Assembly (NCBI GenBank): GCA_034659055.1
Contig: JAYEGH010000151.1
Location: 1-38,861, forward strand
Source of the DNA: Candidatus Caldatribacteriota bacterium
GTDB lineage: Bacteria > Atribacterota > Phoenicimicrobiia > Phoenicimicrobiales > Phoenicimicrobiaceae
Length of the DNA stretch: 38,861 bases
Reading direction: 5' to 3'
The translations under genes and the position numbers were made by a program. Shown here piece after piece: positions 25,602 through 35,498 of this stretch. Under the pieces are notes generated by a model. The model searched no databases and was not told the origin of the DNA. It worked only from the letters and a program-made list of their open reading frames with translations. Within the stretch, counting starts at the first letter, position 1, and every line of letters starts with the position of its first letter.

Positions 25602-26969
25602 ATGAAGTTCAATTTTGCGGTATTGATAATGAATCCCTTTGTCCTCATGATGATAACTGTTTTTCTGGGGATGTTACTTGGTAAGATAAAATTTGGCAAA
25701 TTTACCTTTGGTGTATCCGGCTGCCTTTTTGTAGGTTTGGTTATAGGATGGTGGATTTATAAATTTGCCAATACTTTTTTAAAAATCGAGCCGGGACATA
25801 AAGAAGCCTTGCAATTAATCAAGAATGGAGTAATCAATAAAGGTTTTTTTACCCTTTTTTTAATCCTTTTTATAGCTGCGGTGGGATTGCTTGCCGCTAA
25901 AGATATAGGGATAATTATAAAAAAATATGGCACAAAATTTATTATTCTGGGATTTTTAATTACTTTTATCGGAGCCGTGTCAACCTATGGCATGACTTTT
26001 GTTTTGCCGGGACTTAATTCTTATGAAGTAACAGGAGTATACACCGGAGCGTTAACCAGTTCTCCCGGTTTGGCAGCTGCACTGGAATCTGCACAGGAAC
26101 ACGCTACTCAGTTAACAGAAAATTATAATTTTTTATCCGAAAGCAGAAAACAGGAAATACTACACCCTCTTAATATATCTAAAAAAACAGAAACTACTGG
26201 TTCCTTAACCGAGGAACAAAAAAGAAAATATATAAAAAGTGCCGAAACAGGAATTGGTATAGGACATTCTGTAGGCTATCCTTTTGGAGTGTTGATTGTA
26301 ATCCTTGCTGTGAATTTTTTACCGATAATATTTAAAATAGATATTAAAAAAGAGCAGGAAATATTTTCCCGGGAAATAAGTGAAAACAGAACGAGTGGCT
26401 CGATTAATGGAAACCAGAGTACTGTCCGTTTTGATCTGATCGCTTTTGTAGTAGCTTGTTTTTTAGGTTACACTTTCGGGAGATTAAAATTTAATTTAGG
26501 ACCACTTGGCTATGTAGGATTTGGCTCAACAGGAGGGGTCTTATTGGCCTCATTAATTTTAGGATATATCGGTAAAATCGGTATCCTTAATTTCAGAATG
26601 GATGATAAAATATTAGGAGTTATTCGGGAGATTTCTCTGGCTTTCTTTTTAGCTATTGTTGGCTTAAGATATGGTTTTTATGCATTTACGGCTCTTTCCG
26701 GATCCGGCATTTACCTGGTGGTGACTTCCCTGGTAGTTGGTTTCTTGGCAATCACCATCGGTTACCTGGTTGGGAGATACGTATTTAAAATCAATTGGAT
26801 ATTGTTATCAGGAGCCCTCTGCGGCGGTATGACATCCACTCCCGGATTAGGGGCGGCTATAGAAGCAGTGGGAAGTGACGAACCAGCTGTCGGGTACGGA
26901 GCTATTTATCCTTTTGCTTTATTGGGAATGGTCATTTTTTCCATCATTCTACATAATTTACCTATGTAA
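25602..26969 (+). CDS. AspT/YidE/YbjL-type transporter (short form without obvious central RCK_C domains)
   Basis: Duplicated hydrophobic halves, each ending in a G.LTS.PGLAAA-like motif (GALTSSPGLAAA and GGMTSTPGLGAA). Confidence 0.7.
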   Translation: MKFNFAVLIMNPFVLMMITVFLGMLLGKIKFGKFTFGVSGCLFVGLVIGWWIYKFANTFLKIEPGHKEALQLIKNGVINKGFFTLFLILFIAAVGLLAAKDIGIIIKKYGTKFIILGFLITFIGAVSTYGMTFVLPGLNSYEVTGVYTGALTSSPGLAAALESAQEHATQLTENYNFLSESRKQEILHPLNISKKTETTGSLTEEQKRKYIKSAETGIGIGHSVGYPFGVLIVILAVNFLPIIFKIDIKKEQEIFSREISENRTSGSINGNQSTVRFDLIAFVVACFLGYTFGRLKFNLGPLGYVGFGSTGGVLLASLILGYIGKIGILNFRMDDKILGVIREISLAFFLAIVGLRYGFYAFTALSGSGIYLVVTSLVVGFLAITIGYLVGRYVFKINWILLSGALCGGMTSTPGLGAAIEAVGSDEPAVGYGAIYPFALLGMVIFSIILHNLPM

Positions 26970-27072
26970 GGAAAACTATTATATACAAATTTTTAGTGAA
27001 TTAATTATTTTATGTTTGTAATAGTTAGTAGAATAATATCTAAGGTAATTTATGAAAAAAGGAGGAAAAATC

Positions 27073-28974
27073 ATGAGTTGCGGCTATACAGGAAATATTT
27101 TGCATGTAAATTTATCCACTAAAGAAACTTGGGAAGAACATCCATCCGAGACCTTTTACCGCACCTACTGGGGAGGAAGAGCCTTAGCCCTCTATTACAT
27201 GTTAAAAGAAATGAAACCTAAAACTGATCCTTTATCTCCTGATAACTTGCTCATCTTTGCCCCCAGTGTCTTAACCGGCACCCCTGCTCCGGCCATGCCC
27301 CGATATACTGTTTGTGCCAAATCCCCTTTAACCGGAGCCCAGGGTGAATCCGAGGCCGGAGGTTGGTGGGGACCGGAACTAAAAAAAGCTGGCTTTGATG
27401 CCATTATTATAAAAGGCGTCTCTACTGCTCCGGTATATTTATGGATTAAAGATGGTAAAGTCGAGATTAAAGATGCTGCTAACCTCTGGGGGAAAGAGAC
27501 AGCTATTGCCCAACAATTGATTAGAGAAGAACTAAAAGATAATCGAATAAGAGTTGCTCAAATTGGTCCTGCCGGAGAAAATCTGGTGCGTTTTGCTAAT
27601 ATTGTTAATGAATTAAAACATTTCAACGGAAGAAACGGCTTGGGAGCAGTTATGGGTTCCAAAAAACTAAAAGCGATTGCTGTAAGAGGGACTAAGCCTA
27701 TAAGTTTATACAATAAAGAAAAAGTAAAAGAGATCACCAAACAGATCACTTCCAGAATTATGGATAATCCTCTAAGCCGTAATCTTCGAGAATTTGGTAC
27801 GGTTGCCGGAATAGCCTCAATTTATAAAACTGGTTGGTTACCAAATAATAATTGGTTGACTAATGATTTTAAAAAAGGAGAAAATCTTATTGCGGAAACC
27901 TATAATAAGACTATCTTAAAAGGGACCGAAGGGTGTTATGCCTGTCCTATACGCTGTAAGCGGGTAGTAGAAGTGAATGAACCTTCTATCAAAGTAGAGC
28001 CCACCTATGGAGGACCTGAATACGAGGCAGTAGTAGCTTTTGGTTCTCTCTGTGGTGTTTCTGACCTGAAATATGTTGCCAAAGCCAATGAACTTTGTAA
28101 TAAATATACTATGGATGTTATCTCTGCGGCGACAACCATTGCCTTTGCCATGCAGTGTTATCAAGAAGGTATATTATCTAAAGAAGATACAGAAGGCTTG
28201 GAGTTAAACTTTGGCAATAAAGAAGCAATGCTAAAGATAGTGGAAATGATTGCTCATCGAAAAGGATTAGGAAACCTCTTAGCTGATGGTTCCTATCGAG
28301 CTGCCCAGAAGATAGGTAAAGGGGCAGGTAAATTTATTCATCAGGTAAAAGGTCAGGAGATTCCTATGCATGATCCTCGAGTTAAAACCGGGGTGGGCAT
28401 GCAATATGCACTCTCGGATTACGGAGCTGACCATATGAAAGCTGCCCATGATTCCTATTTTAAAGATCAAGACTCTTGGGCGGTAAAACAGATGAAGGGA
28501 TTAGGGGTATTAGAATCGGTATCTCCGACTGATATAGGGCAAAAAAAGGTCAACTTATTTAAAATATTAGATATCTACTGGTCTTTACTTGATACCTTGG
28601 GAGTATGTGATTTTGGTTATGTTCCCCGTAGTGTTGGCACTTTAGATGAGTTATTAGAAATTATTTGTTCAACCACTGGCTGGAGAACAACCTGGTATGA
28701 ATTGATGAAATTGGGAGAGCGTTCTATAAATATGGCTCGTGTCTTTAATTATCGGGAGGGGTTTTCCTCTAAAGATGATACTTTACCTGAAGTCTTTTTC
28801 CATAACTTTAAAGGTGGTCCTTTGGATGGGAAAGGAGCTATAAATAAAGAAGATTTCCAAAAAGCTATAAGATTGCGCTATGAACTGATGGGTTGGAATG
28901 TTAATACCGGGATTCCTACTCCTGCGAAACTAATTGAGTTAGATTTGGATTGGTTAGTTAGGGAAGTTAAATAG
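27073..28974 (+). CDS. aor: Tungsten-containing aldehyde:ferredoxin oxidoreductase (AOR family)
   Basis: AOR N-terminal domain (GYTGNILHVNL, YWGGRALA) and the 4Fe-4S ligand motif EGCYACPIRC plus a later Cys. The start is set at the ATG at 27073, 8 nt after GGAGG. Confidence 0.92.
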   Translation: MSCGYTGNILHVNLSTKETWEEHPSETFYRTYWGGRALALYYMLKEMKPKTDPLSPDNLLIFAPSVLTGTPAPAMPRYTVCAKSPLTGAQGESEAGGWWGPELKKAGFDAIIIKGVSTAPVYLWIKDGKVEIKDAANLWGKETAIAQQLIREELKDNRIRVAQIGPAGENLVRFANIVNELKHFNGRNGLGAVMGSKKLKAIAVRGTKPISLYNKEKVKEITKQITSRIMDNPLSRNLREFGTVAGIASIYKTGWLPNNNWLTNDFKKGENLIAETYNKTILKGTEGCYACPIRCKRVVEVNEPSIKVEPTYGGPEYEAVVAFGSLCGVSDLKYVAKANELCNKYTMDVISAATTIAFAMQCYQEGILSKEDTEGLELNFGNKEAMLKIVEMIAHRKGLGNLLADGSYRAAQKIGKGAGKFIHQVKGQEIPMHDPRVKTGVGMQYALSDYGADHMKAAHDSYFKDQDSWAVKQMKGLGVLESVSPTDIGQKKVNLFKILDIYWSLLDTLGVCDFGYVPRSVGTLDELLEIICSTTGWRTTWYELMKLGERSINMARVFNYREGFSSKDDTLPEVFFHNFKGGPLDGKGAINKEDFQKAIRLRYELMGWNVNTGIPTPAKLIELDLDWLVREVK

Positions 28975-28982
28975 TAAATAAA

Positions 28983-29029
28983 AAAGAGCAAGAAGGAGGA
29001 TTTGAAGAAAATATTCTTTCTTGCTCTTT
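28983..29029. terminator. Bidirectional hairpin between aor (+) and the PIG-L gene (-)
   Basis: AAAGAGCAAGAA (28983-28994) pairs with TTCTTGCTCTTT (29018-29029) in a 12-bp stem with a 23-nt loop. A-rich and T-rich flanks. Confidence 0.6.
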
Positions 29030-29063
29030 GTATTAAATTATAATCTCAAAATTAATTATTTGA

Positions 29064-29747
29064 TTAAAAAATTGCCTCAATATTGCGGAGACAAATTTCT
29101 TCCCGGGTAATAAATGCTTCGCCGAATTTAGTTCCGATAAAATTTCCCAAGTGGTAGTTATTGTTTGAAATTAATTCAAAGATTTGATGATTTTCCGCAG
29201 AAGGACCAAATTGAGATTCGTATGCTTTTATAGCCTCCATCTTCATCTCCATCTCTTCACTTATATCTATTATAAAAGAAGGATTAAAGTTTAGTTTTGA
29301 GCGAGAGGCACTATAATAGTATGCTTTTTTAATGTAAAAAGGCTTTCCTTTTATCTCTGTATTGGTAAGTTTTCCCAAGAATCGGGCAGAATCACATAGT
29401 TTTGAAGCAGCAATATGGTCAGGGTTGGCATCCACCCAGTAAGGAGCGAAGATAATATCCGGTCGGATATTTCTGATAATTTTAGCTAATTCCTCACGGG
29501 ATTCTATTTCATCCTGAAGATAGTTATTCGGAAAATCCAAAGTGATTCTTTCTTCAATTCCTAATATTCTGCTCGATTTTATACTCTCTTTTTTCCTGGT
29601 TTTGGAATCTCCTTGAGAGGCTGATTCTCCGTCAGATAAATCAAGAATAGTAATCTGATGACCAACATTTGTAAATTTTAAAATAGAACCACCCATTCCC
29701 AATTCTACATCATCAGGATGTGGACTGATAGCTAATATATTAAGCAT
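29064..29747 (-). CDS. PIG-L/LmbE family deacetylase (BshB-like)
   Basis: Signature AISPHPDDVELGMGG and a downstream HxxH-type region (NPDHIAA). Confidence 0.85.
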   Translation of the reverse strand: MLNILAISPHPDDVELGMGGSILKFTNVGHQITILDLSDGESASQGDSKTRKKESIKSSRILGIEERITLDFPNNYLQDEIESREELAKIIRNIRPDIIFAPYWVDANPDHIAASKLCDSARFLGKLTNTEIKGKPFYIKKAYYYSASRSKLNFNPSFIIDISEEMEMKMEAIKAYESQFGPSAENHQIFELISNNNYHLGNFIGTKFGEAFITREEICLRNIEAIF

Positions 29748-29804
29748 TTTTTCACCTCGAGTTTAAGAGAAGACTCTTTTTTATTTTTTTGTTTTATATG
29801 AAAA

Positions 29805-31415
29805 TTACAAATTGCCCAGTACCGCTCGCGCAATAGAGAAGGCATGGTCATTTATTCTTTTTAAAATATTGATTAAATCCAAATGGACACCGCTGGTTTT
29901 TTGAGAGAGTTTTATACCTACATTTAAACGGTTAATATGAGTTTTGCGCAATTCTATTTCCAGGGAATCAATATGCCTTTTTTGGTCAATTACCTTTTGT
30001 GCCATTCTTTGGTCTTGTAGAGCAAAAGCTCCCATCGCATTTAAAAGGTTGTTATATACTTTTTGATGCATATCTTTGATTTCTTCTATTCCTTTATCAG
30101 AAAAGATAAGGTTTTGATCTATCTTTTTTTCTATTAAGGGGATTAGGTTTTTATCAACTAAATCTCCTATATGTTCAAGGTCATCAACTACATATAATAA
30201 TTTAAATATTTCTTGTGAATTTTCTTTAGAGAGAGTTTCAAAATTTATTTTAGTTAGATATTTAGTTATTTCCCGGGAGAGATTATCTATAATCATATCC
30301 TGTTGAGCTACCTTATCTAATAATTTTTCATCATTATTTACAAAGATCTCAATTGTACTAAACACCATCTCTTCAACAGTGCTGGCAATTCGAACCATTT
30401 CCTTGCTGGCAAGATAAAAAGCAATATCAGGCGTTTTAAGGGCACCGGTATCTAGATATTTTGGTTTTTGCATAGATTCAACTTCTTCTGTAACAGGAAT
30501 TATTTTCTCTAAAAGTTTGGCAAATCTTTCAGTAAAGGGGAGAAAAATTAAAGCATTACCGATAATAATCAAGGCATGGGCGTTAGCAATTTGCCGTGGG
30601 AGGTTAACAGAGGTCTTCTGTATCAAGGAAATTACCGATGAAGAAAGCAGAAAAAATACTATCACCCCTCCTGATTTGAATAGAAAATTAGCCCAGGCAA
30701 CTCTCTTAGCGCTTTTTGTAGCTCCAATTCCGGCGAAAAGAACAGTAGAACAAGAGCCTAAATGTGAGCCTAATATTATAGGTACTGCCAGGTTTAAAGA
30801 GATTAATCCTTGCATAGCAAGAGAAATAGTCAAACCCATAGTAGCTGTACTGCTCTGAATTAGAGCAGTAAAGAGAGCAGAGGCGAGCAGGGCCAATAAA
30901 GGCAGATGTTCTAAATTAGACAATACATCACCAAAAGAAACGTTATTTTTAAGAGGAGAAACAGAATCTGTCATTACTTTCATTCCTAGAAAAATGAAAC
31001 CTACGCCCAATAGAATGTTACCGATAAATCTTTGCTTTCTCTTTTTCCCTAAAAGTTTTAATCCGAATCCAATTATAATTATTAAAAGAGCATAATCTGA
31101 AACTCTAAAAGCAATTAACTGAGAAGTAAGGGTTGTACCTACGCTGGTTCCCAGTAAAATACCGAGAGTTTGGCTTAGAGTCATAATTCCGGTATTAACC
31201 AGACTCACCAACAAAGTAGAGGCGGCAGTACTGCTTTGAATGGTAAAAGTGAGAATAATCCCTGTAGATAAGGCGATCAATTTATTTTTTGATAAAGTGC
31301 TTAATATCTTTTTTAGCTTGCCGCTAAAAGTATCTTTTAAGCCCTCACTGGTCATTTGCATTCCGTATAAGAATAAAGATAATCCACCAACTATTCCAAT
31401 TACCACAAAAAACAT
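29805..31415 (-). CDS. Na+/phosphate cotransporter family protein with PhoU-like C-terminal domain
   Basis: A duplicated NptA-type membrane core (QSSTA repeated) followed by a helical PhoU-like tail. Confidence 0.82.
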   Translation of the reverse strand: MFFVVIGIVGGLSLFLYGMQMTSEGLKDTFSGKLKKILSTLSKNKLIALSTGIILTFTIQSSTAASTLLVSLVNTGIMTLSQTLGILLGTSVGTTLTSQLIAFRVSDYALLIIIIGFGLKLLGKKRKQRFIGNILLGVGFIFLGMKVMTDSVSPLKNNVSFGDVLSNLEHLPLLALLASALFTALIQSSTATMGLTISLAMQGLISLNLAVPIILGSHLGSCSTVLFAGIGATKSAKRVAWANFLFKSGGVIVFFLLSSSVISLIQKTSVNLPRQIANAHALIIIGNALIFLPFTERFAKLLEKIIPVTEEVESMQKPKYLDTGALKTPDIAFYLASKEMVRIASTVEEMVFSTIEIFVNNDEKLLDKVAQQDMIIDNLSREITKYLTKINFETLSKENSQEIFKLLYVVDDLEHIGDLVDKNLIPLIEKKIDQNLIFSDKGIEEIKDMHQKVYNNLLNAMGAFALQDQRMAQKVIDQKRHIDSLEIELRKTHINRLNVGIKLSQKTSGVHLDLINILKRINDHAFSIARAVLGNL

Positions 31416-31621
31416 ACATTAATCCTTTCTGTATTTCTTAACAATTTGACATTATTTTACTCTAAAGAGGGAAATTTGTAAATAATTTGCTTTCAGATAG
31501 TTTTTATATTGAAATAAGGGGAAATGGAATAGGAAATGGAAAGAGAGTTGAGAAGAAAAACAATAAATATATATTAAAAGCAGTATAATGCAGATTTATA
31601 TAAAATTATAGACCTTTCCAT

Positions 31622-31651
31622 TTGACATAAAAGTATGTTAAATAGCATAAT
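31622..31651 (+). promoter_or_regulatory. Sigma70-type promoter upstream of the ThrRS-editing-domain gene
   Basis: TTGACA (31622-31627), an 18-nt spacer, then CATAAT (31646-31651). Confidence 0.5.
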
Positions 31652-31749
31652 ATACGAAATATAGGATTTTTTAAAAATGCATTCAATTACAATTGGAGGG
31701 TTGAATTATAAAAATTAAAAGATAAAATATTTAAAAAGGGGGGAAAGAT

Positions 31750-32160
31750 ATGAAACTATTGATGATTTACACGGATAAATTTGCTTATAAAACGAATAGG
31801 AAAACTTTAGAGATGGTAGAAGAATACGAAGAAAATAAACAAATAGAAGATATCCTGGTAGGATTTATTCAAGTAGAAAAAGAAGATGAAGAAAAATTGG
31901 ATAAAGTTGAAACCAAACTGATTAAAAATTTAAAATGGGCTGCTAAGAAGAATAAGACAAATAATATTATGTTACATTCTTTTGCTCATTTATCTTTAAG
32001 TAAGGCCGAACCGGAGATTACAAAAAAAATATTTAATAATGCAGAAAAGAGATTAGAAAATTCAGGTTATAAAACATGGCAAACTCCTTTTGGTTATTTT
32101 TTAGATTTGAATTTAAAAGCACCCGGAAAATCTTTGGCCAGAGTCTTTAAGGAATTTTAG
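31750..32160 (+). CDS. Stand-alone homolog of the archaeal-type threonyl-tRNA synthetase editing domain (tRNA-Thr_ED / DTD-like fold)
   Basis: The blocks MKLLMIYTDKF.Y, ILVGFIQVEKEDE, SFAHLS and TPFGYF match, in the same order, the blocks I recall from the Pyrococcus ThrRS N-terminal editing domain (LLIHSD..Y, VLVAFISVEKVDE, PFAHLS, APFGYY). The ORF is only 136 aa, with no synthetase core. Confidence 0.7.
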   Translation: MKLLMIYTDKFAYKTNRKTLEMVEEYEENKQIEDILVGFIQVEKEDEEKLDKVETKLIKNLKWAAKKNKTNNIMLHSFAHLSLSKAEPEITKKIFNNAEKRLENSGYKTWQTPFGYFLDLNLKAPGKSLARVFKEF

Positions 32161-32358
32161 ATAAAATTAAAAAATCTGTAGGACAGAAATAGTTCTTTTT
32201 CGGGAAAGGATTACTAAAGAAATACGGAAAATACTTTTCATGTGTACCATTTTTGCTATTTGAGGATTTTTTATAGTTTCTCTTCAGAGGAGGATATTAA
32301 AAATGCAAGAGATTGATTTCCATATGAAGAGAGGGAGGCCGGTTTTTCATTTGAAAGC

Positions 32359-33384
32359 TTAAGGTCTAATCACAATTAAATCTTTTTTATCAAAACCAAA
32401 ATGAATGGGCATATCTTTTTCCAGATTTAATTCAAAAAAGCGGTTAAGGGTTAAATAAGAAATGTAACTTCTTTTCGAATTCTTGGTATCAGTAGTGATT
32501 AATTCAATTTCCATATATATGCCATTATTTTTAAGGCTATTTATTTTTCCCCGGTATTGATAATAGGCAGTTAAAGGCTGGTGGCGGATGTAAATATTTT
32601 CCGGCCGAATTCCTATATAAGCCGGTTGTTTCAATCCAAATGATTTTAATTCTTCATCTTTACTTAACCGGAATATATTTTTAAATCCGGTAAATTGAGC
32701 GGCAAAGATTGATTGAGGGTGTTTAAAAATATTCTCAATAGTACCTTGCTGAACCACCTGACCATCATGAACCAGTGCAACTTTATCAGCCAGATAATTA
32801 GCTTCTGTAAAATCATGGGTAACCATAATGATAGTAGTGTGCATGGTCTGATGAATGTTTTTTAACTCTTCTTGAATGGTCCATTTAATGTTGGGGTCTA
32901 AAGAAGATAGAGGCTCATCTAAAAGCAATACATCCGGGTTTCCGATAAGACCTCTGGCCAGGGATACCCTCTGTTGTTCTCCTCCGCTCAAATTTAGAGG
33001 CAATCGCTCCAGTATTTCCTCCAGTTCCAGGAGCTTTATCAGAGTTTTAAAATTTTTGGCATATTTAGCATGATGTTTATCTTTTTTAAATCTTAAACCA
33101 TAACAAATATTATCTCGAACCTTCATATGGGGGAATAGATTGTAATCCTGATAGCAAATAGATATATTTCTTTTCTCCGGTTTTAAATAAGTCACATCTT
33201 TTCCATTGACAATAATTTTTCCATGAATTATCGGAATCAGTCCGGCAATAGATTCAATAATAACGCTTTTGCCGGCAGCAGAAGGACCAAGTAAAACTAA
33301 AAATTCACCTTTAGCTATCTGTAAATTTATGTTTTTAATCTCAAATATTCCCAATTTGATATCTAAATTATGAACGTGAATCAT
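32359..33384 (-). CDS. wtpC: Tungstate/molybdate ABC transporter ATP-binding protein
   Basis: Walker A GPSAAGKS, signature LSGGEQQR, Walker B LLLDEP, and a C-terminal TOBE-like extension. Confidence 0.85.
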   Translation of the reverse strand: MIHVHNLDIKLGIFEIKNINLQIAKGEFLVLLGPSAAGKSVIIESIAGLIPIIHGKIIVNGKDVTYLKPEKRNISICYQDYNLFPHMKVRDNICYGLRFKKDKHHAKYAKNFKTLIKLLELEEILERLPLNLSGGEQQRVSLARGLIGNPDVLLLDEPLSSLDPNIKWTIQEELKNIHQTMHTTIIMVTHDFTEANYLADKVALVHDGQVVQQGTIENIFKHPQSIFAAQFTGFKNIFRLSKDEELKSFGLKQPAYIGIRPENIYIRHQPLTAYYQYRGKINSLKNNGIYMEIELITTDTKNSKRSYISYLTLNRFFELNLEKDMPIHFGFDKKDLIVIRP

Positions 33385-34174
33385 GCTTTTCTTTTCCTCC
33401 TAAAGAGACTAATCGTAGAACAATAAAGATAATGATGCTAATAATAATAAGAATGATATTTGCCGGAATAGCATATTTCATTCCATAAGTGGTAAAACGC
33501 TCATATATCAGAGTGGGTGCAATCATGGGATGATAAGCTAAAATAATAACTGCACCAAATTCGCTAATCGACCTTGCCCAGGTAATGATCATCCCACTTA
33601 AAATTCCCCTCCAGGAAAGAACAAAAGTAATTCCCAAAAAAGTTTGAACTTGATTAGCCCCCAGACTACGGGAAACATTTTCTATTCGGGGTGGAACCCA
33701 TTTAAAGGCATCTTTTGCCGCATCAATTAAAAGCGGCATGCTAACAAAGAGCATGGCAATAATAATCCCTATTTCAGTTCCCAGAGTTTCAATATGATTT
33801 TGTTCCAAGAATCGGCCAACTATGCTCCGGGGACTTAATACGGTTAATAGACAAATACCTGCAACCGTATGGGGAATAACCAGAGGAATATCAATCAGAC
33901 TTTCTATTAAAGTTTTTAATCGAAATTCATGTCTGGCCAAGTAATAGGCCAAAGGAATCCCTAAAAGAAAAGCGATAATAGTGGTAATGGAAGCACACTT
34001 TATACTCAACCAGATACTGGACAGGACTTCCCGGTCAAAAAGGGTTTTAATAAGCGTTTCCGAATCAGTCCAATAAAAGGTATTAATGATGGGGAATATG
34101 TTAAAAAACAATATGATAATACCGGTTGCAGCTGCGATAATATAAATAATTTCCGGTTTAAAACGAAACAACAA
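33368..34174 (-). CDS. wtpB: Tungstate/molybdate ABC transporter permease
   Basis: A six-TM-type ABC permease. TTG start preceded by AAGGAG. Its end overlaps the wtpC start. Confidence 0.82.
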   Translation of the reverse strand: MLFRFKPEIIYIIAAATGIIILFFNIFPIINTFYWTDSETLIKTLFDREVLSSIWLSIKCASITTIIAFLLGIPLAYYLARHEFRLKTLIESLIDIPLVIPHTVAGICLLTVLSPRSIVGRFLEQNHIETLGTEIGIIIAMLFVSMPLLIDAAKDAFKWVPPRIENVSRSLGANQVQTFLGITFVLSWRGILSGMIITWARSISEFGAVIILAYHPMIAPTLIYERFTTYGMKYAIPANIILIIISIIIFIVLRLVSLGGKEKHDSRS

Positions 34175-34185
34175 TTTATTTCTCC

Positions 34186-35175
34186 TTATTTTAACAAATA
34201 ACTTAATTCAGATGGTAATTGTTCTGCACCGGTAGCGACCTCAATTTCGTGAATGGGTTGACCGGAATCTTGAATAATTTTTAATCCTTGATTTTTATCA
34301 AATAAGAACTTTAAAAAGGCAAGAGCATTTTCTCCGTTTTCTCCGTTAAAAGGCATGGTGATTCCGTATACAATCGGTTGGCCTTTTTTGGTAATTGTTT
34401 CTCCCGGTTTTGCTCCGGAAAGCTCTACGGTGGCTTTGGCATAATCTTCTATATATTTTAGAGAGCTTAAATCAACAGCTTTTGGCAGTTTGATGTATTT
34501 AAATTTATCATCTTTAAGCTGGTGTTGGAGGGCAACTGATTCATATTCAAAAGCATAATCTAAGACACCGGTTTCCAGCAAGGCGATAAGTTCAACAGAT
34601 TTGGGTCGAACATTTTTCTTTGGACAATGATTTAAGAGTGCCTGATTTAATCCTTCTTGCTGGTAATAATTTTCAGCCAACTGAAATAACAAAACAGAAC
34701 GATAACCGCAAGGGTCTGCATTGGGTTCACTATGACCATATTCTACTTCTTCTTTTAATAAAATATCATACCAGTTATCAGTATCTATTTTATTAGCATA
34801 ACGGCTTTGGTCAGTATACATAATGACCATAGAATTTTCAGCAAATAGAATATTCCAACTGGCATGATTGGGGATTAATAAGGTGTCAATAACTGTATAA
34901 TCTGCTGACATTAAAATATCGGCTTTTTGGCCGGTTTCAGCAACTAAGCGGGCAATCTTTCTACTTCCTCCGGCGGTTGTTTTAATATCTAAATTAGGGT
35001 GCAAAATATTGAATTCTTTAACTAAATTGGCTACAGGCACAGTCAGGCTACCTGCATGATATATTACCAATTCTCCTTGTAACTGCTCTTGTCCGAAACC
35101 CGAAATGCTTATAACGAACAAGATTGTAAAAATTAGCAAAGTAAAGAAAATCACTTTTAAATTTTTATTTAACAT
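34186..35175 (-). CDS. wtpA: Tungstate/molybdate-binding periplasmic protein, WtpA-like
   Basis: A signal or anchor peptide, then VIYHAGSL, GGSRKIARLV, ADILMSADY and PNADPCGYRS. These match the WtpA blocks I recall (FHAGSL, ADY, DPCGYRS). Confidence 0.78.
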   Translation of the reverse strand: MLNKNLKVIFFTLLIFTILFVISISGFGQEQLQGELVIYHAGSLTVPVANLVKEFNILHPNLDIKTTAGGSRKIARLVAETGQKADILMSADYTVIDTLLIPNHASWNILFAENSMVIMYTDQSRYANKIDTDNWYDILLKEEVEYGHSEPNADPCGYRSVLLFQLAENYYQQEGLNQALLNHCPKKNVRPKSVELIALLETGVLDYAFEYESVALQHQLKDDKFKYIKLPKAVDLSSLKYIEDYAKATVELSGAKPGETITKKGQPIVYGITMPFNGENGENALAFLKFLFDKNQGLKIIQDSGQPIHEIEVATGAEQLPSELSYLLK

Positions 35176-35311
35176 TTAAGTACTCCTTTTTATATTAGAA
35201 TATTATAATATTTTGTTTTTACTATTTATTATTAATTTTTATGTGAAAAAAATTTTTTACTAGACTATGTATCTTGTTATCACACCCCTTCATTTTCGAA
35301 TAATTTTTTAT

Positions 35312-35349
35312 ACTAAAAGAAAAAAAGAACTTCCCATTAAAGAAGTCCT
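35312..35349 (-). terminator. Intrinsic terminator in the wtpA leader (riboswitch expression platform)
   Basis: On the - strand: GGACUUC / loop UUUAAUG / GAAGUUC, followed by UUUUUUUCUUUU. It lies about 135 nt upstream of the wtpA ATG. Confidence 0.65.
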
Positions 35350-35379
35350 TTTATTTTCGAAAAAATAAAATTAATTTCT

Positions 35380-35470
35380 TTCCATAATGGGAGGCATATT
35401 CGTTTCCCAATATACCCTATCGTTCCCTGGCCGTAGCTATTAAAACCTTAGACTCGGAGAATCGAAATTA
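35380..35470 (-). promoter_or_regulatory. Moco/Tuco (molybdenum/tungsten cofactor) riboswitch-like element
   Basis: The - strand reads ...UUCUCCGAGUC...GGUAUAUUGGGAAACGAAUAUGCCUCCC.... It contains the CUCCGAG and GCCUCCC blocks I recall as hallmarks of the Moco RNA motif. An 8-bp hairpin GGUAUAUU/AAUAUGCC closes a GGGAAACG loop. It lies between a promoter and a terminator, ahead of a W/Mo transporter. Confidence 0.55.
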
Positions 35471-35498
35471 ATTCCTATTAAATTTTTAGCACAATTAT

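Noticed and set aside
32304-32354. A 16-codon ORF (MQEIDFHMKRGRRFFI) with a strong GGAGG site 9 nt upstream. It faces (is convergent with) the 3' end of wtpC, which ends at 32359.
   Set aside because: It is too short to evaluate and has no recognisable family. It ends only 4 nt short of the convergent wtpC stop codon. It could be a chance ribosome-binding site plus ATG. It is worth a look only if ribosome profiling or conservation supports it.
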